Shown: piece after piece, positions 1 through 9,754 of the stretch
Layout: each line of letters opens with the position of its first letter
How positions within the stretch are numbered: position 1 is the first letter of the stretch
Assembly: GCA_037134875.1 (NCBI GenBank)
Contig: JBAXLH010000002.1
Coordinates: 27,719 to 91,718, forward strand
DNA: 64,000 bases
DNA from: a bacterium
GTDB lineage: Bacteria; Patescibacteriota; Minisyncoccia; Phycocordibacterales; DATDWN01
Direction: 5' to 3'
Made by a program: the position numbers and the translations under genes
The notes under the pieces: generated by a model
Told to the model about the DNA's origin: nothing
Seen by the model: only the letters and a program-made list of their open reading frames with translations
Databases searched by the model: none

Positions 1-101
1 ATCGGCCCATTTGTTTTTTGTAATTTACCATTTGAAAGTGCAAACCAAATGACACCACCAACCACAATTACTGCAATTATTATATAAAGTATTTTTTTCA
101 T
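1..101 (-). CDS. 5' part of a probable fifth branched-chain amino acid ABC substrate-binding protein (runs off the window)
   Basis: Reads MKKILYIIIAVIVVVGVIWFALSNGKLQKNNGP, the same MKK + hydrophobic anchor start as the four neighbouring paralogues. Confidence 0.6.
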   Translation of the reverse strand, partial: MKKILYIIIAVIVVGGVIWFALSNGKLQKTNGP

Positions 102-103
102 AT

Positions 104-1231
104 CTATTGCACTACTTGTTCAAACTGGTTATTGATAATTGTTTTCATTATAAATGTCACATCTTGAAGTTGGCCTTGTGGATTGAATGACAAATTTTTT
201 GATCCGACACCTGCCACATTGACTTTACTGAGTGCATCTCGAATTTCTGTTCCTGTTCTCGCGCCACCTTTCAAAACTTCAAAGAGCATCGTGGCAGCAT
301 TGTACGCATTTACAAACGACGGACCTTGCGATGCATCTGCACCATATTTCGTTTTGAGTCGAGTGACGAGATCACTGTACGATGGATCTTGTGCGTACGA
401 AGGAAAAGCGTAGAGAATACCATCAAACGCATTTGGAAATTTTGTTATATTATCTACATTTTCAGCATCAGGAGTTGCATACACTTTTATATTTACATTT
501 TGTTCTTTGAGTTGCTTCATAAACGGCCCCATAGTTGAGGTATCAGTAACTTGAATAAAAACAGCGTCTGGCTTGCTAGTTTTTATTTTTGCAATAACCG
601 TACGAAAATCTTTGGTTGCAATCGACACAGTATTTCTGCTTGTGACCGCAATTTTTCCGCTTGCATTTATAGAAGCTGACAAATTATCGACAAGTTGAAT
701 ATCAAAAGGGTCTTGGTCATTGACGAGAGCGATCCGAGTAACCCCCGATGTAGTCATATGTGTAATAAGAGTTTTTATTTCCGATGCTTCTGGCCACCAT
801 GTCGAAAAGAAATATGAGAATTTGTCTTTGTTTTGTATCGTCTCAATAGCAGCGCTCGGTGTAATCATCGTTACTTTTGCACTCTCGGCAATCGGCATAG
901 CTCCCTGGTAACTATCTGCCCATGTTGGACCAACAATAGCCTGCGCGTGATCTATTTCTATGAGTTTCTTTACAGCATCCACCGTGCCCACATCTGTTCC
1001 TTTTGTGTTTTCAATAATGAGCTCTACTGGCTGATTTATGTTGTTTTTGTATTCATCGAGTGCGAGTTGTGTCGCCTTGACTTCGCCCTCTCCCCAGTTT
1101 GCTGCATAACCACTCAAATCCACCGCTACACCGATTTTGATGGCATCCTTTGGTGTTTTATTTCTCGTAGCAAAAATCGCAATACCTAGTAACACCACTA
1201 TCACTACTATTATCCAAATTGTTTTTTTCAT
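104..1231 (-). CDS. Liv-family ABC substrate-binding protein
   Basis: IKIGVAVDLSG start, DFRTVIAKIK, AYNAA motifs; N-terminal TM anchor. Confidence 0.9.
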   Translation of the reverse strand: MKKTIWIIVVIVVLLGIAIFATRNKTPKDAIKIGVAVDLSGYAANWGEGEVKATQLALDEYKNNINQPVELIIENTKGTDVGTVDAVKKLIEIDHAQAIVGPTWADSYQGAMPIAESAKVTMITPSAAIETIQNKDKFSYFFSTWWPEASEIKTLITHMTTSGVTRIALVNDQDPFDIQLVDNLSASINASGKIAVTSRNTVSIATKDFRTVIAKIKTSKPDAVFIQVTDTSTMGPFMKQLKEQNVNIKVYATPDAENVDNITKFPNAFDGILYAFPSYAQDPSYSDLVTRLKTKYGADASQGPSFVNAYNAATMLFEVLKGGARTGTEIRDALSKVNVAGVGSKNLSFNPQGQLQDVTFIMKTIINNQFEQVVQ

Positions 1232-1242
1232 ATGTGTTTTAA

Positions 1243-2343
1243 TTAAATCTTAATCTTTACAAACTCCCCTTGTGTAAACATGAAATAAGTCGGGGTTAAT
1301 TTGAGTATTCTATCAGATCCAAAACCTGTTGCATCTAGAGCCGGATTGTGATGTGTCTCTTTGATAAGCTCTGCTGTAACACATTCAGGAGCATAACCTG
1401 GGCATCTAACTAACGCATTGTATAAATACATAACCTCATCATATCCGTAGGCAGATGATACGAGATCCTTTTCAGTAATATTTGGATATATATTTTTTAT
1501 TTTAGATATGAAATTTGGGTTTATATTTTGGTCATATGTTATAGTTCCTTCAAGTATTTCTGCGGGTAATTTTTTGTATATATTTTCATTAAAATTATCT
1601 GGTCTACCGCCCGCAGCAAATACTGGGACATTTAATTTCAATTCTGCTTTTTGTTTGAATAAAGCTATTGCATTATCTTCATACGCAACCGTAACTAAAG
1701 AATCTATTTTATCTTCTTTCATTTTGGCGATGATTGTACGAAAATCAACAACATCAACATTGAAGTCGTAATAGACCACTGTCGAATTTGTATTTTTTAG
1801 ATTTTCAGATATACCACGTTTGCACTCTGCCCCCATATCGAGATTGAGGATAAGCGCTCCTATTTTTTTATAACCTTTATCAACAAAATATTTTGTAGCA
1901 ACACCGCATTCTTTTTCTATATCAAAATACATTTTGAATGCATATGAATTACTTGAAAGTGGGTTTTTTATGAATGCATTGTACAATAATGGAATTTTAT
2001 TTTTTTCTGATATAGGAGAAACTGACGATGTTGGCGAAGTAAATTCAACACCCATAGCATTAACCTTATTCAGACTAATCAACTTTTGAGCAGCACTTGC
2101 GGATTGTTTTGCATCAGTCTGACCATCCTCAACAGTGACTTCGACTGCACCTCCTCCTATAGCAATCTCTTTTTTTGCAAGTTCAATACCTTTTAATTCT
2201 CCTTCGCCCCAATATGCTCCCCAACCAGTGAGAGGAGCTACTATGCCAATTTTTATTCCAGAATTTCCCTTTGACCTACTGAAAAAAACAATAGAAATTC
2301 CTATTATTATGACCACTATTACTATCCAAATTGTTTTTTTCAT
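1243..2343 (-). CDS. Liv-family ABC substrate-binding protein
   Basis: IKIGIVAPLTG, VEDG, DFRTIIAK, AYGYD motifs. Confidence 0.9.
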   Translation of the reverse strand: MKKTIWIVIVVIIIGISIVFFSRSKGNSGIKIGIVAPLTGWGAYWGEGELKGIELAKKEIAIGGGAVEVTVEDGQTDAKQSASAAQKLISLNKVNAMGVEFTSPTSSVSPISEKNKIPLLYNAFIKNPLSSNSYAFKMYFDIEKECGVATKYFVDKGYKKIGALILNLDMGAECKRGISENLKNTNSTVVYYDFNVDVVDFRTIIAKMKEDKIDSLVTVAYEDNAIALFKQKAELKLNVPVFAAGGRPDNFNENIYKKLPAEILEGTITYDQNINPNFISKIKNIYPNITEKDLVSSAYGYDEVMYLYNALVRCPGYAPECVTAELIKETHHNPALDATGFGSDRILKLTPTYFMFTQGEFVKIKI

Positions 2344-2378
2344 ATGTGTTATTATAAAAATTTATCTGATTATTATAC

Positions 2379-2407
2379 TTGACTTTATTTTGCTTACCTA
2401 ATATACT
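2379..2407 (+). promoter_or_regulatory. sigma70-type promoter pointing antisense into the PemK toxin gene
   Basis: TTGACT (2379-2384), 17-nt spacer, TATACT (2402-2407). Confidence 0.6.
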
Positions 2408-2413
2408 ATATGA

Positions 2414-2460
2414 ACAAGTGGCTTCGGCCTCGCCCTGCAAAGGGCAACCAGTGGAAAATC
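2414..2460 (+). ncRNA. candidate small structured RNA convergent with the PemK toxin gene (3' end unknown)
   Basis: GGC-TTCG-GCC and GCCCT-GCAA-AGGGC tetraloop hairpins directly after the promoter. Confidence 0.45.
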
Positions 2461-2461
2461 G

Positions 2462-2848
2462 TCAAAGCATATCTTTGGCGATTTTTCGTATATTTTCAAA
2501 TACTTTCTTGTCTAAATATCCCATTTTTCTAACCAATCTTTTCGTATCAATAACTCTTATTTGTGACAAAAGTGCACACGCTTGTTTACCTTCAACAAGA
2601 CCTACTGATGGTCGCAATGGATGAATATGGTCAGACGCAGTAAGAGGTATTATGAGAGACGTTTGTTTACTGAGACCTTTTAGAACAAGAACAGGCCGTC
2701 TATATTCTGTCTCGGAGCCATCCTGCTCAAAACCAACATTCATTCCGAGTGTACACCACCACAATTCTCGATCATGACAAAATGGACCAGATTTCTGATT
2801 GTGAATTTCTTTTTTCTTTTCGTTCCATTTATCAAAATCCTTTTTCAT
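2462..2848 (-). CDS. PemK/MazF-family endoribonuclease toxin, no adjacent antitoxin ORF
   Basis: LGMNVGFEQDG..RRPVLVL..IIPLT..ALLSQIRVIDTKRL signature. Confidence 0.9.
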   Translation of the reverse strand: MKKDFDKWNEKKKEIHNQKSGPFCHDRELWWCTLGMNVGFEQDGSETEYRRPVLVLKGLSKQTSLIIPLTASDHIHPLRPSVGLVEGKQACALLSQIRVIDTKRLVRKMGYLDKKVFENIRKIAKDML

Positions 2849-2861
2849 ATGTGTTTTTTGA

Positions 2862-3728
2862 TTATAATTTATATTCTCCCAGCAACCCCTGTGGCCTGTA
2901 CAGCATCAATACTATCAAAATAAGGCCGTATGTCACTTGGCGCATTTGGGCGGCAATGTCCGATGGAAAACCGACAAAACGAAGTGCCTCCGGCAAAATA
3001 ACCAAGCAAATTGCTCCGAGCACCGCGCCTTTGTTGTTTGCAAGTCCGCCGAGAATAATAATTGCCAAAATGAAGATTGATTCTGAAAGTGCAAAGCTGG
3101 TCGGATCAACGTATGTAATGTACGAGGCAAACAAAGAACCAGCAACGGAGGCAATCATCGCTCCAATAACAAAAATAGTTAATTTGAAAAACAGTGTGTT
3201 GTATCCAAAAACTTTGATTGCTTTTTCGTCTTCTCGTATCGCCTTGAGGACCCGACCAAAAGACGATCGAGTAATAAATTGTGAAATAAAGTACACACCA
3301 ACTGCAAGCACGATAACGAGAATGAGGAAAATCAGATTGTCGCTAAAGTCCAGTCCAAACAACACAGGTTTGGAAATTCCCGGGATACCCAGAGGTCCTC
3401 GTGTTAGAGATTGCCAGTTGAGAAAAATACTGTACACAATAATATTGAAACCAAACGAACCGAGCGCAAAATAATCTCCATCAAATTTTGACAACACATA
3501 GCCAATAGCCAGACTGAGAATGCCTGTAATAATCATTCCAACAACTATCGACAAGAAAAAATTCATACCAAATGCCGTGAGCAGTATGGCTGTGGTGTAC
3601 GCCCCGATACCATAAAAAGCGGCCTGTGTGATAGAAAGTAGTCCCGTGTATCCCACGATAAGGTTGAGCGACAGTGCCAGTATCGAGTATATTCCTATGA
3701 GTATTGCGATGTGTACAAAATAATCCAT
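2862..3728 (-). CDS. livM: branched-chain amino acid ABC permease (LivM-like)
   Basis: LNLIVGYTGLLS, GDYFAL, FGRVLKAIREDE, YRPQGLLG. Confidence 0.9.
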   Translation of the reverse strand: MDYFVHIAILIGIYSILALSLNLIVGYTGLLSITQAAFYGIGAYTTAILLTAFGMNFFLSIVVGMIITGILSLAIGYVLSKFDGDYFALGSFGFNIIVYSIFLNWQSLTRGPLGIPGISKPVLFGLDFSDNLIFLILVIVLAVGVYFISQFITRSSFGRVLKAIREDEKAIKVFGYNTLFFKLTIFVIGAMIASVAGSLFASYITYVDPTSFALSESIFILAIIILGGLANNKGAVLGAICLVILPEALRFVGFPSDIAAQMRQVTYGLILIVLMLYRPQGLLGEYKL

Positions 3729-3737
3729 ATTTATTTT

Positions 3738-4607
3738 TTATAATTTCTTTCCCAAGATTCCGTTTGGACGAAACAAAAGGAAAAGAATGAGCACACTAAA
3801 TGAAATAGCATCTTTCCACTCGCCTGATATTTTCCAAATTCCAAAGTTTTCAATAAAGCCGAGAAGAAATGAACCAAGTACTCCACCATATATATTTCCC
3901 ACTCCACCAATAATAGACGCGATGACACCTTTGAGGAGCAGAGAAAATCCCATCGTTGGCTCGATGCCCGTATCAAACCCAACGAGAATTCCGGCAAGCC
4001 CAGCAATCGCCGAACCAATGAAAAAAACTTTGCTGATGATTGTGTCCGTATCTATTCCCACCATTTTTGACACCTCAGCATCATCCGAGACCGCTTTGAT
4101 CGCCTTGCCAAATTTTGTAAATCGCAACACAAGGACGAGAGAAAACATAATCAAGATACTTAGCACGAGCGCGATACACTGCACACCGGTAATCACTCCG
4201 CCGAAAATCTGAAATGTTTGTGTGCTGATTGTTGCCGGAAATACTTGAAACTGACTGGAAAAAAGTATTGCAATAATAGCTTGCAGTGTCGTCATCACAC
4301 CGAGCGCGGCTACCATAAAAACCATACTGGATGCTTTTCGTGCGCGTAGTTTTTTGTAGACTATTTTCTCTATCACAAATCCCACGAGTCCGGCGAGCAA
4401 GACGCCAAGCACAATGCTGACATAAATATCAAACCCGAGCGTTCGAGAAAAATAGAAAACAGCATATCCGCCGACAGCTGTCAGCACTCCATAGCCGAGA
4501 TCAAAAAATTTGGCTGTACCATAAATAAGGTTGAAACCCAAAGCGACAAGCGAGTAAATAGCCCCAGCAATAATACTATTTACGATGAGTTGCGGAATTA
4601 TGTCCAT
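3738..4607 (-). CDS. livH: branched-chain amino acid ABC permease (LivH-like)
   Basis: YSLVALGFNLIYG, TKFGKAIKAV, IIGGVG, RPNGILG; start set at MDIIPQ. Confidence 0.9.
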   Translation of the reverse strand: MDIIPQLIVNSIIAGAIYSLVALGFNLIYGTAKFFDLGYGVLTAVGGYAVFYFSRTLGFDIYVSIVLGVLLAGLVGFVIEKIVYKKLRARKASSMVFMVAALGVMTTLQAIIAILFSSQFQVFPATISTQTFQIFGGVITGVQCIALVLSILIMFSLVLVLRFTKFGKAIKAVSDDAEVSKMVGIDTDTIISKVFFIGSAIAGLAGILVGFDTGIEPTMGFSLLLKGVIASIIGGVGNIYGGVLGSFLLGFIENFGIWKISGEWKDAISFSVLILFLLFRPNGILGKKL

Positions 4608-4644
4608 TGGTATAAATATAGCAAAACCAGCCTTTTTTCTCAAT

Positions 4645-4673
4645 ACAAAAACCCGCTTGTGGCGGGGTTTTGT
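4645..4673. terminator. intrinsic terminator-like hairpin
   Basis: aaaaacccgc-ttgt-ggcggggtttt between the binding-protein and livH genes. Confidence 0.6.
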
Positions 4674-4691
4674 GTTTGAGCTATATATAGG

Positions 4692-5831
4692 CTATTTTAT
4701 GAAATCAACAACTTCGCCATTTTTGATTTGTCTAAATACAAGACCAAGTCCGACAACATCTGGTTTTTCTGGATCAAGTGAATATGTTCCAATACTTCCA
4801 CTATAGTTTTTCAAAGAATGCAGATAATTTGCAATCTTTGATGTATCTTGACCGACTTTTGTAATAGCGTCGACAAGAATATGTGTAGCATCATATGATG
4901 TTCCGACAAAGAATTTATAATTTGGCTCACTATTATATTTTGCCTTGTATTCTGTGAGTAATTGCTGTCCCTTTACATCCGTACTTAATCCTGGAACATC
5001 AATAATGATCGTACCTTCTACTTCTGGGTTAGCCTTTACGAATTCAGGACCAGTCAAATACGCTGTAAAAAATTGTGCATTTATTCCTTGCTCTCTCGCT
5101 TGTTTTGCAATTTGACTTGCATTTGAGCCAACTTGAGCATTAATGAATAACGCATCAACTCCAAGAGATTTGATTTTGGATACGATTGAACGAAAATCTT
5201 TTGTGTTTGAAACATAACTCTCGTCAAAAACAACCGATGATCCGTCAGCTTTCACAGCGTCAATAAATGTCGTTCGTATTCCCTGTGCATAATCTGTTTG
5301 TTCTGAAACAATTGCAATTTTTTTATATTTTGAAGATATGTACTTGGCCAACTCCTGTCCGGCAAGATTATCGCTCGGATGATTTCTAAAGACATAACCC
5401 CCGAGTGTACTAACTTTTGCCGCAGATGACACTGATGAGAAGAGAATGACTTTTGCTGGAGTGGTAACTGGAGCTGCACCAAATGTTTCTCCACTACACA
5501 TGCCACCAACAATCACTTTTACTTTATCAATGTCCACAAGTTTCTGTGCAGCAGATGCAGCATCTTTTCCATTACATTTTCCATCTTCGTAAATTGCTTC
5601 AACTGTTCTACCACCAACTCCTCCTGCACTATTTATCTCGTCTAAAGCAAGAGCTACTCCATTGCGAACCGCCTCGCCATACACAGAAGCATCTCCAGTG
5701 AGTGGAGCTATGACTCCAATCTTTATCGGACCAGTTTCTTTTGACCCGCCACGAAATGCAAATATAACTACGAGCACCACAACAATAATACCCACAACCC
5801 ACCATATTCCTTTATTATTTGTCTGTTCCAT
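4692..5831 (-). CDS. Liv-family ABC substrate-binding protein
   Basis: PIKIGVIAPLTG, EINSAGGVGG, EDGKC, DFRSIVSKIK. Confidence 0.92.
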   Translation of the reverse strand: MEQTNNKGIWWVVGIIVVVLVVIFAFRGGSKETGPIKIGVIAPLTGDASVYGEAVRNGVALALDEINSAGGVGGRTVEAIYEDGKCNGKDAASAAQKLVDIDKVKVIVGGMCSGETFGAAPVTTPAKVILFSSVSSAAKVSTLGGYVFRNHPSDNLAGQELAKYISSKYKKIAIVSEQTDYAQGIRTTFIDAVKADGSSVVFDESYVSNTKDFRSIVSKIKSLGVDALFINAQVGSNASQIAKQAREQGINAQFFTAYLTGPEFVKANPEVEGTIIIDVPGLSTDVKGQQLLTEYKAKYNSEPNYKFFVGTSYDATHILVDAITKVGQDTSKIANYLHSLKNYSGSIGTYSLDPEKPDVVGLGLVFRQIKNGEVVDFIK

Positions 5832-5859
5832 TTTTTTTAATAATAATTTTTAATAATTT

Positions 5860-6948
5860 TTAATACTCAGCTTTTACGTACTGCTGATTTTTTGCCATTT
5901 GGAGTTCGAGCTGGTAAACGACTGTGCGGTCTGACAAAAATTTGAAGTTTGTAATTGCTGGGTTTGGATATGCGTAGTCCAAAGTCGCTGTTGTCACATC
6001 CTTTGTTGGCTCGGCTTGTATTGCTTGCACGACATATTTTGTTATATCATATCCCATCGCCGACACAACATCAGGTGTCGTGTTAAACTTTGTTTTGTAA
6101 GCAGTTGTAAATGCTTCCGAAAACTGACTTGGAGCAATACCGGGAGCAATCGTTCCCTCTCCAAATGTTCCGAATTTCTGTAAATTTTTATTATCAACAT
6201 CAACAAATGTAATGGCAGTACCTTTGTATCCGAGCTGTCGAAGTTCCTTTACAATTTCGAGAGCATCGGTCGGATTGTCCATTGTTACAAACACCGAGTC
6301 TGCTTTGCTCGCGATTATCTTTGTGGCAAATGTTCGATAGTCCCCTTTGCCGTTTGGTGCGAGATCATTGTAAACCACTGTGTAGCCGACAGTTCCCGCC
6401 TTTGCAAGCATCACATCTCGAGACTGCATACCGAAGTCACTGTTGGCGTCGATGAGTGCCATTGTTTTGATACCTTTTTTCTGAATAAGTGGCACGACTG
6501 TGTCGAGCTGGATACTTGCGTTCGGATATCCACAGAAAACATTTGTGAGTGGCTTGAATGAATCGCTACAAAATGAGAATGAAAATACGTCTTTGTTTGC
6601 TTTGAGAGCGAGTGGAGCGACGGCGATCGTTTCGTCTGGCGAATACGTGCCGACAATCACATCAACTTTATCAATATTCAAAAGTTTTGACGCGGCAGAA
6701 ACTGCATCTGTTGGTTTCGAATGACTATCCTCCACAACAAACTTCACTCCATTTTTTTCGAGCTCTGCCTGTGCGAGCTGTACACCTTGAAATAATTTTT
6801 CTCCTGTTACCGAAAGTTCTCCAGTCAGTGGCAAAATGACACCTACTTTCAAACTCGCCACAGTGGTTGTTGCGGGTTTATTTTTTACCATCCAAACACC
6901 TGCGACTATTACCAAAATGACAATCAAAATACCGACAATTTTTTTCAT
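5860..6948 (-). CDS. Liv-family ABC substrate-binding protein
   Basis: LKVGVILPLTG, VEDS, DYRTFATKI, AMGYD. Confidence 0.9.
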   Translation of the reverse strand: MKKIVGILIVILVIVAGVWMVKNKPATTTVASLKVGVILPLTGELSVTGEKLFQGVQLAQAELEKNGVKFVVEDSHSKPTDAVSAASKLLNIDKVDVIVGTYSPDETIAVAPLALKANKDVFSFSFCSDSFKPLTNVFCGYPNASIQLDTVVPLIQKKGIKTMALIDANSDFGMQSRDVMLAKAGTVGYTVVYNDLAPNGKGDYRTFATKIIASKADSVFVTMDNPTDALEIVKELRQLGYKGTAITFVDVDNKNLQKFGTFGEGTIAPGIAPSQFSEAFTTAYKTKFNTTPDVVSAMGYDITKYVVQAIQAEPTKDVTTATLDYAYPNPAITNFKFLSDRTVVYQLELQMAKNQQYVKAEY

Positions 6949-7089
6949 AATTATGTGTGATTAATAATATATAATTCTGCTAGATAGTATACCAAATATT
7001 AGTGGGACTTTTCAAATGACCCTATTTTGCATTTTTCACACAAAAAACCCAACATTTCTGCTGGGTTTTTCGCCAATATTCATTGTTTT

Positions 7090-7383
7090 TTACATTGATA
7101 CAACTTCCAAAACTTCTACACTGCCACCGTTCGCAAACACAGGGCATTCTTTTGTCATTTCCACTGCTTCCTCCAAACTTCCCGCTTTGACAATAGAATA
7201 TCCATTTGCCTGTGACATATATGATCCACCAACTGACTGACGAGATCCGAGTGGATTTCCAGGATCAACTATACTGTCCCCAAGTTTCTGAAAATACGCT
7301 CCCCACTGTGCATTTACTTTTTCCATTAACTCTTTGTTGTTAATATTTGCACCGCCAGTAAAAAGATATACAAATTTTTTCAT
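7090..7383 (-). CDS. YCII-related domain protein
   Basis: WGAYF..DPGNPL..GYSIVKAGSLEEAVE..CP..GGSVEV. Confidence 0.8.
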   Translation of the reverse strand: MKKFVYLFTGGANINNKELMEKVNAQWGAYFQKLGDSIVDPGNPLGSRQSVGGSYMSQANGYSIVKAGSLEEAVEMTKECPVFANGGSVEVLEVVSM

Positions 7384-7474
7384 AATGTTTAATTATATTA
7401 AATAATAAAACTACACGACCAGATTTCTCTGGTCGTATAATGATACTGTATGATGGGATTAATGCAACTAGGCT

Positions 7475-8725
7475 TTAGTCAATAAATGTGAGGGCTTTGC
7501 CTACCTTGCCCGCACGGCCAGTTCGGCCGATGCGATGCACGTAGTCGTCGTGAGTTGCAGGCAAATCGTAGTTGATGACGTGACTCACATCAGCAATATC
7601 GAGGCCTCGCGCAGCTACGTCTGTCGCCACAAGAATTTGCACTCGGTTGTCTTTGAAAAGTCTGAGGGCTTGCTGGCGTCTGCTGTGATTTTTGTCGCCG
7701 TGAATTGACTCTGCCTTGAATCCTCTGGCGGTCAAATTTTGTGAAAGTTTTTCCACGCCGTGTTTTGTTCGTCCAAAAATCAAAACTTTTGAAAGTTCTT
7801 TTTGGCTCAGCAAATCGTGGAGCACGTCAATTTTTACTTTTCCGCCACTGACACGTACAATATCCTGATCAACATTTTTTGATGTGTCCTGAGTTTTGAC
7901 AGAAATCCGCACAGGCTGTCGCAAAAATTCTCCGATAAGCTTTTCAATATCCGGCGAAAGTGTTGCAGAAAAGAAAAGTGTCTGTCGGCTTGCTGGCATA
8001 CCAGACATTATCGCTCGCATATCATTTACAAATCCCATGTCGAGCATTCTGTCCGCTTCGTCCAAAACGATCGTGTTGAATTCCGCGAGTTTTATGAGTT
8101 TGCGATCGATGAGATCTTTGATTCTTCCCGGCGTACCGATGACAAAATTGTATTCATATCGCAAATCTCGGATTTGTTTGCCGATCGGAGCACCTCCGAC
8201 GCAACAGACAGAAAATATTTTCATACCCTGTACAAACATTTGCAACTCGCTTTCAATTTGAATCGCAAGCTCGCGTGTCGGCACAATGACCATCACCTGT
8301 TCGCGTCTGTTTTGTAAAATTTTGTGAATAAGTGGAATGAGAAATGCAGCGGTTTTGCCTGTACCAGTGTTTGCAATACCGACGATGTCACTGCCCGCAA
8401 GCACGACAGGTATCGCCTTGTCCTGAATCGGAGTTGGCAACAGATATCCTTTTGCTGTGATAGAATTTTTGATGCGCTCGTCAATAGCAAAATCTTGAAA
8501 TTTATTTACTGGAACAAACTGAGTTGTTGGTGTCAGAGCTATTGCTTTGTTTATAAAACGTGCAACGTCAATGCGCTCGCTCTTGCCACGTCGGACTGGA
8601 CGAGAAAATCTCGGACCAGAATGAAATGACTTTCGCGCAAAACTACCCGACCCTGTGCGGTTTTGTGTGCGATTATTGGACGGTCTCCGAGAGAGACCCG
8701 ATTGTGTTCGTGTGTTTGTATACAT
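7475..8725 (-). CDS. DEAD-box RNA helicase with basic N-terminal tail
   Basis: PTPIQ, TGTGKT, PTRELA, TPGR, DEAD, SAT, ARGLD, HRIGRTGR. Confidence 0.97.
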   Translation of the reverse strand: MYTNTRTQSGLSRRPSNNRTQNRTGSGSFARKSFHSGPRFSRPVRRGKSERIDVARFINKAIALTPTTQFVPVNKFQDFAIDERIKNSITAKGYLLPTPIQDKAIPVVLAGSDIVGIANTGTGKTAAFLIPLIHKILQNRREQVMVIVPTRELAIQIESELQMFVQGMKIFSVCCVGGAPIGKQIRDLRYEYNFVIGTPGRIKDLIDRKLIKLAEFNTIVLDEADRMLDMGFVNDMRAIMSGMPASRQTLFFSATLSPDIEKLIGEFLRQPVRISVKTQDTSKNVDQDIVRVSGGKVKIDVLHDLLSQKELSKVLIFGRTKHGVEKLSQNLTARGFKAESIHGDKNHSRRQQALRLFKDNRVQILVATDVAARGLDIADVSHVINYDLPATHDDYVHRIGRTGRAGKVGKALTFID

Positions 8726-8901
8726 ACTATTTAAAAGGCCAGAAGCCTGTATAACTTCTGGTCTTTATAATAAAAGGCGACCAAAATGTCCCAAATAGTA
8801 AGTGCAAATCAGAAAAGATGCGAAAACTAGTGAGATTTAGTTACTGCATAAGTATATACCAAAATGACTATTTTGTCAACTATTTGTGTATATCACGCTT
8901 T

Positions 8902-9015
8902 TTATGCCCTGTTCTTTTTTGCAAGGAGTCTAGCTTTTTTTATTGCCAAACGCTTCTTTGTTTTGTGAGAACGTGACGTTCTATTTTTTGTATTTGTTGC
9001 AAGTCTTTTTGCCAT
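8902..9015 (-). CDS. 37-aa very basic small protein (below the ORF-track cutoff)
   Basis: Manual translation MAKRLATNTKNRTSRSHKTKKRLAIKKARLLAKKNRA*. Confidence 0.55.
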   Translation of the reverse strand: MAKRLATNTKNRTSRSHKTKKRLAIKKARLLAKKNRA

Positions 9016-9070
9016 ATCATAAGTATATACTTTTGTGGAAAATAAAGATATAGGAAAAAGAAAAATCTGA

Positions 9071-9748
9071 CTATTGGGTCGCGGAGCAACGAGACTGTCC
9101 GGAATCTTTTTTTATTATGGTTGAGAGGTCGAGCGTCACAAACTGTTCTATCTCGGCGCCAAGTCCACCAGCAGAGTATTCGGAGAGTTTGGGACAATTT
9201 ACATTGTTTGGTTTTGTGACAGTAGGATTCCAATACCTCACCGTGCTACTACTGACCACTAGCGGTGCCGAATATTTGTCTGTGTACACTTTTTTGTGTG
9301 TATTCAAATCATACACGATCAAACCGCGCGGATACGGAGCGGTGCCTTTGTCCAAGATCAGAAAGTGACCAGTGACAGCCAGAAAATATTCAGCCTCAAC
9401 ATTTTTTATTTCGAAATCATTTTGTCCCACCGTGTACACACACGACATACTCTGACTTTGGCTGGTTTTGTTTTTGACTAGAATGTCACTACCGACAGAG
9501 TCGGTCAAACTCTTGCTGATAATAAAATAGTTTGGACTGTCTTTGCAGGACAGATTGCCGGAAAAGATTGTGCCGATTGAGCCATCAGGCATAACTTGCA
9601 CCGTGACTGGAGTAACTATCGGAGCGCCTTGCCACAAGAGAATTTGATTGACCAACATTGGTACCCAAAAATTTTGTGAGAGCAAAAGTCCAACGCCAAT
9701 AATGATCAGCACTAACAAAAATATTCTAATGAACTTTATATATTTCAT
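9071..9748 (-). CDS. membrane-anchored secreted hypothetical protein with Cys pairs
   Basis: 225-aa ORF with an N-terminal TM segment, co-oriented with neighbours. Confidence 0.75.
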   Translation of the reverse strand: MKYIKFIRIFLLVLIIIGVGLLLSQNFWVPMLVNQILLWQGAPIVTPVTVQVMPDGSIGTIFSGNLSCKDSPNYFIISKSLTDSVGSDILVKNKTSQSQSMSCVYTVGQNDFEIKNVEAEYFLAVTGHFLILDKGTAPYPRGLIVYDLNTHKKVYTDKYSAPLVVSSSTVRYWNPTVTKPNNVNCPKLSEYSAGGLGAEIEQFVTLDLSTIIKKDSGQSRCSATQ

Positions 9749-9754
9749 ACCCTC

